This document shows positions 12,958 to 26,208 of a DNA stretch of 64,000 bases, one piece after another (positions within the stretch are counted from its first letter, which is position 1; every line of letters starts with the position of its first letter). The position numbers were made by a program, and so were the translations under genes. Below the pieces are notes generated by a model. The model was not told where the DNA came from. It made no database searches and was given only the letters and a program-made list of their open reading frames with translations. This DNA comes from Eledone cirrhosa (Eukaryota): positions 123,752,001 to 123,816,000 of the forward strand of contig OZ024740.1 of NCBI GenBank assembly GCA_964016885.1, written 5' to 3'.

Positions 12958-13149
12958 AACATGTAGGACCCCGACGGCTGAGCTCAAGCCATTTCGACGG
13001 CTAATTCTGGACTCCAGAATTAGCCGTCGAAACGGCTTGAGCTCAGCTGTCGAGGTCCTACTCATTCCTATTACCCACTCTACTACCCTAAGTATTGAGT
13101 ACTTTGGTGCGTTATGGTCCATCTGGTTCCTTACCACATTTCCTTCCTT
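12736..13149. mobile_element. Y-shaped composite fold-back element (two hammerhead-derived hairpin+tail units head-to-head)
   Basis: Outer ~75 bp inverted tails, hairpin 12813-12924, (ta)n, hairpin 12955-13069; same layout at 63237-63628. Confidence 0.85.
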
Positions 13150-14574
13150 ATATATATATATATATTCAGAACTTTTATTACTCCACTAACAATGCAATAG
13201 ACAGGCAAAATTATTAGAATCCCCAACATCATCACTTAACATCTGTTATTTACTACATATAAATAATATGCAAACAAAAAAAAACAGAAGATATATAAGC
13301 ATATATAAAATTGTTATTATTGTTATTTATGACAAAACAAAGTAAAGTGTTGTAAGAAAAAGAAATGATCTTAATGAGATTGAAATAGTTTTTACTTTTC
13401 CTTGTTAAGATACCAATGTTTTGTGTTAGTGAATAAAGAAAATATATCATTGTTATTGTTGTGGTTGCTATTGTTGTCATCGTTATTATTTCTTTTGTTT
13501 TATGGTCTAAATTTGGATATATATTTTTTTATTTTTGTAGCTACTACTTTTCTTTCTTTATTTATTTTCTTTCACTTGTTTTAAATTCTTATTTTACATG
13601 TTTGACTGTAATTTATTTGTATGTGTTTTGATACTTTGGTATAATTAACTGACTTAATAATCTTTCAACTTTGAGTGATATTTTCACAGTGTAGCCGATT
13701 ATCAGAGGCTATGAATATTTGAAGAGTTTAAACTTGGCAGCACTTGAAAACGCAAGTAGTTTTGTATCTTGTTATAATAAAAGCAGAAACAAACCAAGAA
13801 ATAAACAAACATAAAGAACAATATTGAGCCATGAGTAATAACATTGCTTGAAGCCTGTTCCTTTCCTTTTTTCAGATTCATATTGATTGCCAAAGAATTA
13901 AATCTGACATAGGAAATCCATGCACTTAATGACCTCAGTAGCTTGGTATTAGTGGAAGTGAGAATTTTTTCTGAAAGCTAAGTAGTAGAGATATAGGTTA
14001 AAAGAAATGAAGAAATGGCAAAGAGAGCATGTAACAACAAAGAGTTGGCAGGAATTAGAAGCAAAACATAACAACATATAATGAAAGAATTAAAAACAAA
14101 AGTTAAACTGGTATTGGTATGAAGTTATATACAGTAATTTAGACATCGTAGGTAAATTAACTAAGACACAAACAGTGTAATAACTAAAATTACCATGATA
14201 TTTCTTGGGAGATGAAGGGAAAGCAACAACAAAAATGGATGGGTTTAGGCTAGGTATTAAAATGATGTATGAACAATAAGAACTTGGGTAATTGGCTATT
14301 ATTATCATCATCATCATTGAGGCTGGTAGAATCATTTGAGTACTAAACAAAATGCTTTGTGGTATTTAGTTATGGCCATCTACATTCTGAGTTCATATCC
14401 AACCAAGATCATCTCTCTGTGGCTGATAAAGTAGCAATTACATACTGGAGGTTGATATAATTGAGTTCCCCACCCAACAAATTGTTGGCTTTGTGCCTAC
14501 CTTAAAAAGCATTATTATCATCATATGTTCATTTTCCACAATGACATTAGTTGGACAGATTGTCACATTCTGAG

Positions 14575-14640
14575 AGATGACAGATCAGATAACCAAGTTT
14601 TGAACATATATTCAAAACTTGGTTATCTGATCTGTCATCT
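14575..14640. repeat. Perfect 30-bp-arm palindrome with 6-nt loop
   Basis: agatgacagatcagataaccaagttttgaa-catata-ttcaaaacttggttatctgatctgtcatct. Confidence 0.95.
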
Positions 14641-15384
14641 ATACAAGTATATAGAAACACACAGTCATGCTTACACACAAAAAATTAAACAGAAATACAA
14701 GGACATACTTAAATTTTTTTTCTTCTGCTACTTTATTTTTTATTTGGTTATAGGGTCATGGCTATGCTCGGTCAAGGCATAAAAATATTTTAGTTACCTG
14801 TATCAAACCTAGTAACTGATTGAGGCATTATTTACAGACCAGAGAAGGATGAAATTTAAAATTGTCATTGAACTTTGTGTGCAAAAGGTCATAACAAATG
14901 CCACCAGGTATTTTATACAATGCTGAATTGACACTATATATTACCCTCACTCTCAACATACATGTGTGTATGTATGTCTAGGGATGCCATATTTTGAATA
15001 GGTACACTGTCTCCATGTATATTGTAAGAGGTAATTGAAAGAGTTGGCATGAAGAAGGGCATCCAGCTCTAACATATTGTTTTAAACCATCCCATCTAAA
15101 TCCATATCAGTATGGGGAAGTGGATGTAAAAACGATGATGATGATATATAACGGCTTCTGATATATGCACATAGCCAACAATTTTGGTGGAGAGAAAAGT
15201 TGTATAAATAGATCCCTTTCCATTAGTGGTACTATATTTTATTGATCCTGTAAGTATGAAAGGCAAAGCTAACCTCAGTGAGATTTGAACACGGAATGTA
15301 AAGGGCCATAATTCTATGCCACAAACATGTTGTTCGGTGCTTTACTGGTACTGCCAATCCACTACCTAGTGATGATGGTATTTA

Positions 15385-16160
15385 TCTATATATCTAAAAC
15401 AGAGAATGTATGTCTGTCTGTCTGCTCACTAAAACTGGAGAACCACCCAACCGATTGTTTTCAAACTTTACACATCGAATGCTTATGGTCCTGTGAGTGT
15501 TTTGAGAAAAAGAATTTCAAATTTTCAATGCCCTAGGGACCGCCTTAGGCGATTTAGCGATCTCTCTCTATAATTCTTGGTCTTTCTCTTTTTAGATAGA
15601 TACATAAATATAACGTTGCATCCTTATAATATCTGTATGTCTGGCTGACTGCATTACGACATTATGATGCGGTGTGTGTGTATATATGTTTATATAGTGT
15701 GTATATATATATATTATTTTTTCAAAATATTTACTTCTGCGTTCACAGATTGATTTTTTTAGTTTCAGAAGATTCTTTGCTTAAACTTTAATCTGTTATT
15801 TTAATATATATATATATTTATATATTCGTGTACAGATATTTTTGCATAGACAATAACAAAATATAAACAAAAGTATTGATTTTCTTCGCACAGAAAAAAC
15901 CCCAGGTAATCTACAACAAATTTTTTTTATAAGCACAAATTCTAGACACCATCCCGAGGCCGAAGGATTCCGTACTTATCTGTACTGTTATATACATATA
16001 TATATATATAATTATATATTCGTGTACAGATATTTTTGCATACACAATAACAAAATATAAACAAACGTATTTATTTCACGAGGCTGGATAAGGATTAATA
16101 TATATCAAATATATAAGAACCCTAGAGAAAATCCTAAGCAACGCCGGGCCATTCTGCTAG
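15385..16160 (+). mobile_element. Non-autonomous Helitron
   Basis: 5' TC (a|tctatatatctaaaa..gtctgtctgtct); 3' gcaacgccggg hairpin remnant then CTAG|t; A/T insertion site; internal ~55 bp duplication at 15821 and 16016. Confidence 0.75.
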
Positions 16161-16746
16161 TATATATATATAATAATCCTGCATTTAATTCATAAGTAGA
16201 ATGCTGACAGATATGTACAAAAGTATTGAGAGTATATTCTTTATTAATGAACTAGCATTATGAAATTAATTTCATTTTGACTTACTCGCAATCCTATCAT
16301 GAAATAAAGAAACAGATACTATGTATTAAATTAGTAGTCTGTGTATCTTGCATATGACAATTGTCACTTGGGCAAAAATGTACTAGGAGATACAAGGAGA
16401 TGAAACCTGCAGTAGAGAAAGACCAAAGAATAAGTGGTAAATGCTAGAGTATTACATATATTTATGTGTGTCTATATATATATAAGTATAGAGTGAGCTC
16501 ATTGTCATCATTCTTTAATGTTCATTTTTCAATGTTGGTATAGGTTGGATGGGATCTCACAGACCAAATCAGCATCCAATCAAACCTAATGTCTAACTTG
16601 AGGGACGTACACATGTTCCAGTTTTGGTATGTTTTTTTTCCAGTCCTCCTTGTCAGCAACCACTTTTTAGAGTGTACTGGGTGCATTTTATTGTAGCAAA
16701 ATCACCAGGGATGTTTTCATGTACTTGACACACACACGAATACACA

Positions 16747-16805
<59 letters not shown>

Positions 16806-16910
16806 ATAATAATAAAATTGTAGACTAAAATCCAAAGAGGGCTCGTTAAGGGTGAAAGCAGCGATTCTTTGCTTAAACTTTAATCTGTTATTTAATAAAT
16901 ATATATATAT

Positions 16911-17247
16911 ATGGAGGCACATGGCTTAGTGGTTAGAGCATTGGCCTTGCAATCGAAAGGTTGTGAGTTCAATTCTCAGACCGGGTGATGTGTTGTTTCC
17001 TTGAGCAAGACACTTTATTTCACATTGCTCCAGTTTACTCAGCTGTAGAAATGAGATGATAGGGAATGGGGTCCCTATCATTCCACTGTAAAGTGGTCGT
17101 GGAGGTGCCACGGCAAAAAAGCACCCAGCACTCACTGTAAATGAGGTTGGTGTTAGGAAGGGCATCCAGCTGTAGAAATCAAGCCAAAATCAGTTCCCGT
17201 CCCACCCTTGCAAGCAGGGAAAAAGCGGACGTAAAATGAAATGATGA

Positions 17248-17251
<4 letters not shown>
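16911..17251 (+). mobile_element. Young tRNA-derived SINE with RTE-derived 3' end
   Basis: A box tggcttagtgg, B box gagttcaattc, core ccttgagcaagacactttatttcacattgctccag; 3' half matches the 3'UTR at 54738-54900; (gat)n tail; inside (ta)n. Confidence 0.88.
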
Positions 17252-17302
<51 letters not shown>

Positions 17303-18129
17303 TGATCACTTGAAAACATATCTGGACAGCCAATATTTTTCCTATAATGTCAGTTATTTCAATTTGCTGATCATTTAAAATGAAAATGTGTGGGAAAATG
17401 TAAAGTAAAGGAGAAAAACTCACGATATACTTCACACAAGATAACCTTCATTATATTATACTGCCAGGCAATTGGCAAATAAGTTTTGTAGAAATAACAA
17501 TTTTACATCATATAACTGACATGTTATGAAAAATGTGAGAGACGGTATATGAATGTTTAAAAAATGAAATAACAATATCATAATCATTTAAGTCTGTTAT
17601 TTTTTTCCATGCTCGTATGGGGTTAAACTGGTTGTGACATACAAACTCAGTGCTTAATTGTAGCAACTATCATCCTAGACAGACCAGCAGGCAGTGTCTC
17701 AGTTACAATTCAGTTGTAGCATGTTTTTTACAGGTGGATGCCCTTTCTAACACTAACTCTTTTATAGTGTGAATTTGGTGCACCAACACAAGGGAGGATT
17801 TTAAGTTCTTGTTTACATATAATGGTTTCTAATTGAGGCACAAGGCCAACAGTTTTCAAAGTAGGTTGAAGTTAATTAAATCGACCTGTGGGTTACGAGC
17901 AGTTTATATTGTCGAGCCTATTATAAGAATGACATCTAGAGGACTAGATCTGTTTCATTCATAAGTAATCATCATGTTTAGATTCTTAATGTGAAAATTT
18001 GTGTTAAAACAGATATTCTAATATTTTATTTGAGTGATACTGTCAATACAAACAGATACACATGTGGACATGCATGGACATGTCACACACAATCTTGTGA
18101 AATTAGCAGTACACGAAATACACAAAGAC

Positions 18130-19286
18130 ATACATACATGTGCATACCACTTACACTGAGAAAACAAGACTTAGTATATAAAACAAAATCAAAATGCAAA
18201 TGCAGAAGTACAAGAATAGTCATTGATGGCTTAATGTCTCTCTCTCTCTCTCTCTCAGCACCCAATGAATGACACTCAGTGAATGATCAGCAAGGACAGC
18301 AGAGCGGTTTTGGGGGGTTGGGATAATGAAAAGAAACATGCACACGTACACTTACAATATGTATTTATCACTATCATCATCTTTCCTTTCTCCTGACAAA
18401 TGATGACAATGATGATGTTAAAATATTGAAATACATTTATACACTGAATCTCAATTTCAATTGAAATTTGGGCTGAGGGTTATAGCCCATGAGACCCCAC
18501 TTAGTACTGTAGCAACAGATCAAGAGTAGGTGAATCAAAGAAGTCAGTTTAGTTTACACCATCTTTTGGAAGGTGAAAGCTCCAGTGAAGACAAAACTGA
18601 TGAAGTCACACCAATAGCCATCAATTGTAACTCTCCAAATATCTGCTATAGAGGCAGTTTCATTTTCTATCTTGTCTATCTCTATCTATGTACCTACTCG
18701 AGGCAAAGGTTGGTGCTTGAAACCAGATTGTGCCATACCTGCACAAATCATCTTTTAGGGTGGATCTCCAGGTCTTCTTTGATCTTTTTATCCCAGCTGG
18801 CAACTATGACACTACAGTTCTTGCTGGTATATTGTCCCCCATTCGTAGGACATGTCCTACCAACTGCATTTGTCTGTTCTTGATGACAGGGCTCAAGTGT
18901 GTGGCTTTGACTCTCTAAAGCACATCTTTATTTGTGATCTTGTCTTGCCATCTAATGCTCAGGATCTTTCAGATGGTATTTTTTGTTGGAAAGAATCAAG
19001 TTGTTTTTAGGTTCCTCCATGTGTCAGTAGCATAGGTTATTGTTGAGATAACAATTGACAAGAATAACTTCAATTTTGTATGTGATGTGAGATTCTGTGA
19101 TTTCCATAACTGGAGTTTGTTGAATAGTCGAGTTTATTTGATCATTCACTGAGTGTCATTCATTGAGTGCAGAGATAGAGATTAAGCCCTCAATGGCTAT
19201 TCTTGCTCTTCTGCATTTGTATTTTGATTTTGTTTTATATACTCAGTCTTGTTTTCTCTATGTAAGTGGTATGCACATTTATGTAA
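18130..19286. repeat. ~155 bp inverted repeat arms (18130-18288 / 19139-19286) enclosing a decayed minus-strand RTE fragment (~18450-19120)
   Basis: caatgaatgacactcagtgaatgatca / tgatcattcactgagtgtcattcattg and the rest of the arms align in reverse complement. Confidence 0.85.
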
Positions 19287-19613
19287 ACTTACTTAAAATT
19301 TACATTTATGTAAAGTTACTTAAAATTCTTGTAGACATGTATTCAAAAAGGTATGTTCCTTCTAAATAAGGCAAACTATTCATGTTTTGATATCCATCTC
19401 ATGCCAAAATATTAATGCAAATCATAATCTAGAAGATCACAAATATTTCCCCTTGCTAGTTCCTTTAAGAAACAATATTAGGTAATGAATAAAAACAAAA
19501 CAATTAGCCATCTTGACTATACAGAATATAACAAGGAACCTTGGTTTTTACTATGCTTTTTTTTCAGTAATATAAAGAATGTTGAACATACACCACTATT
19601 TGATGATCAGAAC

Positions 19614-19667
<54 letters not shown>

Positions 19668-19672
19668 CATAT

Positions 19673-21096
19673 ATGTATGAGGAACTGGATGTTGAGACAG
19701 AGCCATTCACCAGAGAGGAGCTTCAGAGAGCCAAGAAGAGGATCAAGGAGGGCAAGACTCATGGAGAAGATGGAGGGGCATCAGAGGTGATGAAGAGGTG
19801 TAATTTTGATGATATCATCCTGGGGTTCTGTAACGGGGCACTGGAGAAAGGAGTTGCCCTGAATCAGTGGAGGATCAGTAGCATCGTCCCAGTGCCAAAG
19901 AAGGGAGATCTCTCTAACACCAACAACTACAGGGGGATCTCACTGACATCACTTGTGGCAAAGACCCTCAACAGGATGATTCTTAACAGGATCCAACCTG
20001 AGATGGAGAATAAGTTCAGGGACAACCAGAACGGCTTTAGAGAGGGTAGATTAACCACCAGTCACATCCTGATGCTGAGGAGGATATTAGAGGGAGCTAG
20101 AGCAAAGTGCCTTCCTGCGGTCATGGTTTTCATTGACTTTAGGAAGGCCTTTGATTCTGTGGACCGTTACTGCCTGATGAAGATCTTACAGGCTTATGGA
20201 ATCCCCAAGAAGATAGTGGACCTGATATCACTGCTCTACAGCAACACCAAAGCCCAAGTCATTACACCTGATGGGATGACAGAGTTCTTTGAGATACTGG
20301 CTGGAGTGCTCCAGGGAGATACATTGGCTCCCTACCTTTTTATCATCGTAGTGGACTATTGTATGCGCCTTGCACTGGAGAAACACCATGACTCTGGCTT
20401 TACTGTAGCACCGGCTCAGAGCAGGAGAATTAGGGCGAAAAAGGTATCGGATACTGAATTTGCTGACGACATAATTTTGGTGACAAATACAGTGAAGGAG
20501 GCAGAGGATTTGATGCGGGAGGTTGAGACTGTGTCGATGAGTGTGGGGCTGAGAATGAATGAGACTAAAACAAAATATCTGGTAGAGAATGTTGAAAAAC
20601 CAGAGGGGATCACTAATGTAGGCGGGAAGCTGCTAGAATTGGTTGAAGGCTTCCTGTATTTGGGAGCAAAGATTGGGAATACGGAAGATGATGTGGTTGA
20701 GAGGAAGAGCAAGGCCTGGGCGGCGTGCCACAGCTTGAGATTGGTGTGGAAGTCGGACCTTCGTAGAGACCTGAAAATCCGCCTCTTCATTGCTGTAGTG
20801 GAGTCTGTGCTGCTGTATGGGTCTGAGACTTGGACACTGACCAGGAAACTCACTCAGATGGTGGATGGGTGCTACACGAGAATGCTGAGGATGGCTCTGA
20901 ACATTAATCAGTATACACTGAGGATGAAAATCTCAGAGCTGTATGGGAGCATCCCAAAAGTCAACTCAAAAGTGACACAGAGGAGACTGAGGTTAGCTGG
21001 AGATGCAGGACATGGCAGGGATAATGAGGGACAGAGACCGCTGGTGAGAACTCGTCCATGGATCTCGGGAATTTTACCCGCCTTAGATAGATAGAC
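19673..21096 (+). mobile_element. RTE-like LINE family C, 5'-truncated, open RT ORF of 473 aa
   Basis: NYRGISL, QNGFR, FIDFRKAFDS, GVLQGDTLAP, FADD, YLG, YGSETW; (taga)n tail; starts in (ta)n. Confidence 0.93.
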
Positions 21097-23260
21097 ATAT
21101 ATGTATATATATAAACTTTTAGTGTTCTGCTGATTTGTCAAATGTTTTCAATGACAGTGATACATGTGTCAATTTAAATTTGATGCAACTTTCTCACAAA
21201 ACCTGACAACAGTGTCTGGCATCATCACTGTCATTTTAGGTTTGGTTTACCATGCTGGCTTAGGTTGGATATGTCAACTTGAATGTTTTATGTTATTTAG
21301 AAGGAACAAACCTCGTTTGAATAATTGTCTACAAGAATTTAAAGTCACATTCACTACAAAGAATGGAAAATTAAACAGCCCAAATCCATAGTTATTTAAA
21401 GAGATGTGTCTGAGTTATATATGGAGAACGTGTTTGTTAATCCTTTTGATATCAAAGTGCTGGAAACTACCCCAGCTTCTTCCATACAAATCAATTTATT
21501 TTAAAGTGTTTATATTTATCTAAACATCCCATCATGATTATATGTAAGAATCTTTGTTCAGCTAAATAAAGTGAAAGTTATTTAGATTAGTAAATCCTTC
21601 AACAGTTTAGATTATTTTCAGCATTATTTTTAATGAGGAATATAGTAACAAAACCGTTAAACACTGTCATAACGTTGATATCACATGTAATCAGTTTGCA
21701 ATGTCTGAACATTAAATTTCATTAGTTATTCACTAAAGTGTGAAGTATTGCAATATATATTAGTGTTTTGCTACTGGACTTATGAAGCTACAATTCAAAA
21801 TACATTGTAAATATTGCATGTAAAATAGATGTATACAAGGTTGTGTTGATATGTTCACTACTTACATGATTTTATTGCAGATGATAAATATACTATATAT
21901 ATACATTGTAGTTGATAATTGTATTAAATTTTGGTTTGAACTTGATAAACATCTATTAATATACATTGCTTTGTTAACTATCATTTCAATTGTCAATGTT
22001 TCACATTTAATTCCAATATGAATGTTATACGTACCTAAAATCATTTATGTTTATTTTTGTTTTTTACATGAAACAATAATGTAACTAAAATTTGTTTCTT
22101 ACTTTCTTATGCAATGACCTTTTCTTCAACTGAAATAAAACAATAAAATTTCTCTGAATGTAAACGTTTGTTTTCAAGCAATGTCTACGAATAGTGAAAA
22201 CCAACTTAAAACTTAAAAATAATAAAATAAAAAAAAATATGCTTAATATATATCACATTTTCTTTTACTTTTAAATATCCTATGAAATAAATAAACTAAC
22301 AAAAGTAAAGTTAGTTGCATTTACTTAAAAACTGTAACCTTGCTGATACTTGAGCATGATTCGGAAATGAATGATAAAAAATATTGATGTATCTTTGAAT
22401 AAATAAATTCATTAAGAGGAAATTCTATGACGTTTAGCAGTTAGACATGTATAACAAAATATTTTCTTTGGTTTTATTTGATAAAGCTGCAGAATATATC
22501 AGGAATAAGTATGAAATCATTACAGGTGTATATCAATGTCACATTTTTCTTTAGAAAATAAAACTTATAATATGCTAACAAGTATAGAGTGTTCATGCAA
22601 TATATATATTTATATACCAGTATAATCATCATCTTACATCCATTTTCCCATGCTTTTATGTGTTGAAGAGATCTTCTCAAGCACAGCATCCCTCTAGAAA
22701 GAAGGAGCTAGAAGATACAACCACAGCTCTTGATCTGACATTTAAATGATAGAAAGCAAAGTCAATCTTGGCAAGCTTCTATTTAACACTGTTACAACTC
22801 TGCTGACTTGGCATATATATATATAAGAGAGAGAGAGATATATAAATTAATGTAAATTTTTGTGTGAATATCCACATGGCTTTCTGGTCTATAGACTCAT
22901 TTGTGGGTGTAGAAAACATAAATTCCTGTGTTTATAAGCCAGAAAGCAATGTGAACACAAAGAGAAATTTGCATTTATTACTATAGCATAGGGCATTGGA
23001 TTGGCAGAATCGTTAGAGCATCAGACAAATGTTTAAAAACATTTTTTATTTTCTTTGATTCATCAAAGTGACATCATTGAAAAGAAGAGAGGAACAATTC
23101 TTTAAAAAAAAGAGTTTTATAAAAATATAAAATATAACTGGTTTCGATATATTAGTGTGAACCATATTATCAAATGTTGAATATTACAATTAAAAAGAAT
23201 AAGATATTTTTTAAAATTTAAAATTACGTGTTAAAACAGTCTGTTCATCTTTCTTGTTGT

Positions 23261-23351
23261 GAAGACTGGTCTAAATTGGAGCCCTATACATATAGAGGTA
23301 GTTATAGTAGTACTCACTCTCTATATATAGGGCTCCATTTTAGACATCTTC
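23261..23351. repeat. Small hairpin MITE-like palindrome
   Basis: gtctaaattggagccctatacatatagag ... ctctatatatagggctccattttagac. Confidence 0.8.
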
Positions 23352-24435
23352 AGGTTAACTTTGCCTTTCATCCTACGGGGTCAATAAAATAAAGTACCAG
23401 TAATGTACTGGGTATTTGCTGGCCTTGTGCCAAAAGTAGAAACAATTATAATTTTCTTTAAGACCATTTTTTTAAAAAGCTATGTTGCATACACCAGCTT
23501 AGTAACAAGAATCCATCAAAATATTTGATTATTTTCAAAATTATTTGAAAATCACTGTTGCAATAGGTGTTCAGACTATTCACAGAAAATACCTGATATT
23601 TATAAAGATTGACAGATTGTTTTAATGGCTTAGTGAGATGATGTGAGGGTGTAAGGGAAGTTATTCTCAGTTGAGAAACCTGGTTCAAATATTTCTACTA
23701 AATGCAGTTAAGGGCCAAATGGTGGTGTTAAACCAGGCAGTGGATTACTACTGCTATCCAAGTAAAACATTACTTAATAGAGATAGAAAATGTTGCATTA
23801 ATAGCTCTCTGTCTGGTATTGAAAAAGGTTGGATGTGCATCAGGTTGTTTGATAAGATGTACCACCTACTCATAGAATTCGGATGTGAAGTGGCTGAGCA
23901 TTTCACACACTCATGTACCCTCAACTTAACAAAATTCTCAATAACACTCAGCATGGCACATTATGACATGACTGCACCTATGAATTATAGGTAATTTCCA
24001 TCGAATGGGCTTCCATATACTCTCTATCTTATTTAATTTCTATCACAAGGTTTGGGTTGATCCAACACTTTGGCAAAATAAACTGTCCAACATGGCATGC
24101 AGTGAGACCAAACCTGAGATGTCATGATTACAAAGCTAACTTCTTAACTACTCAGCCATGCCTGTTTCTATTTGTGGATTTTATTTTTCATGTTCATTGG
24201 TAATTTCGAAAACGGATTGCTTTTCTATTAATAGATTTGAGGCCATAATTTATTGTTAAACTATTACAAATCTATGGGTGTGAATGCTTATAAAAATAAA
24301 CACCTCCTTCATTCTCAGTATCTCTTTATTTCCATGTGTATACATGGAGTGAAAAGAATGAAGGAAGATAGAGAGAGAGAGCGATACAATATTTATATGT
24401 AACTACATTTTATACATATTCACAGCGACTATATA

Positions 24436-24519
24436 CAGGGTGTGTGAAAAGAAATGCGCTATTTACACACACACACACATATGTGTGTGTAAATAGGGTG
24501 TTTCTTTTCACACACCCTG
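24436..24519. mobile_element. Tc1/mariner-type MITE
   Basis: TIR cagggtgtgtgaaaagaaa / tttcttttcacacaccctg with TA on both sides. Confidence 0.8.
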
Positions 24520-25118
24520 TATAACCTTAGAACTTTATTAATGTGATGTGTGTTCTATTGCAAGTCCTCCATTACACATATGATTCTACGCAAACATTAT
24601 AACTTAATGTAAAATAAGCTTCAATTGATTTTTAAGTTAATCATATGTTAATGGGAGAAAATTTAGGAGAATATACATGCGTAGGAACATCAGACACCCA
24701 GACACATCCATACATATATACATGAATTGCCAACCATAATATACAAAGGAGGAATTTGTTAATGGATCGTTTAAGTTTAAGTAAATCATTTGTCTGAGGT
24801 CTGCACCTTAGGTGGCTGCCTAGTTAGCTTAATGGTAGTACCAGCCCTGAAATTATGAAATCATTTTTGACATGTGACATCTTTCTAACATATTGCATTA
24901 TGGAAGGAAGATTCTGTGATAAAAAAAAAAGTATTCTCTGAGATTAGAAATTCTTTGAATGATGAAACTATTTGCAGAGATGAGATACTGAAACATTATT
25001 ATATATGCAGGGTAAGATTTATGACAACTGTACATATTAATGTAAGCATAGACGTATTTACACAGATGAAAAAAAAACATCATAAGACTGTGATATATAT
25101 ATATAATGATTATATATG

Positions 25119-25163
<45 letters not shown>

Positions 25164-25166
<3 letters not shown>

Positions 25167-25538
25167 GGAAAACGAAATATCAGTGATGCATCGGAACTCA
25201 ATTTGTTGTGTGTTTCAATTGTTTCCCTGGCGAACAGCTTGAGGTGCGATCTGTGTGTGGATCGATCTGACTCTGGATTCACAGGTTCCTCAGAGGATAT
25301 GCTCCTAAGAGGATATGCTCCAAAATCAATAGACGTGTCCAAGGAACCTGTGAATCCAGAATCAGGTCGATCCACACACAGATTGCACCTCGCCGGGGAA
25401 ACAATTGTAACACACAATAAATTGAGTTCTGATGCATCACTGATTTTTCGTTTTCCATTCTATCATAATCTGCTCCGTAGGAGCATAGAGTGCTCAACCG
25501 GCATCCTGCCTATGGAAGCATCTTAGCTACCATTAGAC
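25164..25538 (+). mobile_element. Fold-back element with hammerhead and 3' tail (Penelope pLTR-like)
   Basis: ~125 bp inverted arms 25164-25290 / 25342-25459; right arm gtgt ccaagga...ggg GAAA caattg TA acac; left arm retains CTGAGGA on minus; tail with cattctat..atagagtgct hairpin; (ta)n both sides. Confidence 0.8.
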
Positions 25539-25545
25539 ATATATA

Positions 25546-25593
<48 letters not shown>

Positions 25594-26208
25594 TATATAT
25601 ATATACAAGCACAAGCTGAAGCATATGTACAGTATGACCCACCACCCAGCACTCTCTGTGGACATGTAAAAGACATGGCAAAAAGTACCCAGCATACACT
25701 GTCAATGTGTTGGTGTTACACAGGGCATCCAGCCATAGAAAACCAGCCAGAAACACCCCTATATGAGCGAGACATGGTCACCCGGCCCAACTTGCCTCAA
25801 AATGGGACCTGTCTAACCCATGCTAGCATGAAAGAACGTCATTAATCGATGTTGATGATGATGATGATATATATGTTCAATTAGAGAGAGTTAAGTTTAT
25901 TTAGAATCAGCCGACTTTTATATAACAGATGTCAAGCACTCAATGATGTAAGTTTATCCGGAGTTTTTTTTATAATAATGGTTTCTTATATAGGCACAAG
26001 GCCAGCAATTTTGGGGTAGGGGAAAGTCGATTAAAGTGCCTTCCCGGTAATTTATTTTATTGACCCCTTAAGGATGAAAGGTAAAGTTAACCTCGGTGGG
26101 ATTTAAACTTAGATCATAAAGGGCCGTAACTCTATGTTGTTAAGCATGGTGTCCGACTCTCTACCAATACTGCCAATCCACCACCTGGAGTTTTGTTATA
26201 ATAATAAT

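Noticed and set aside
12736-13149. Interpretation as a parvovirus-type terminal hairpin or ordinary MITE
   Set aside because: No viral or transposase ORF nearby; a monomer exists at 49228 and units carry hammerhead and tail motifs, favouring a Penelope-derived origin
16915-16985. tRNA-like sequence
   Set aside because: SINE head with no acceptor stem closure; continues into the SINE body
20416-20853. Antisense ORFs overlapping RT ORFs (also 838-1122, 5355-5729, 28495-28878, 54132-54578)
   Set aside because: Shadow frames of LINE coding sequence
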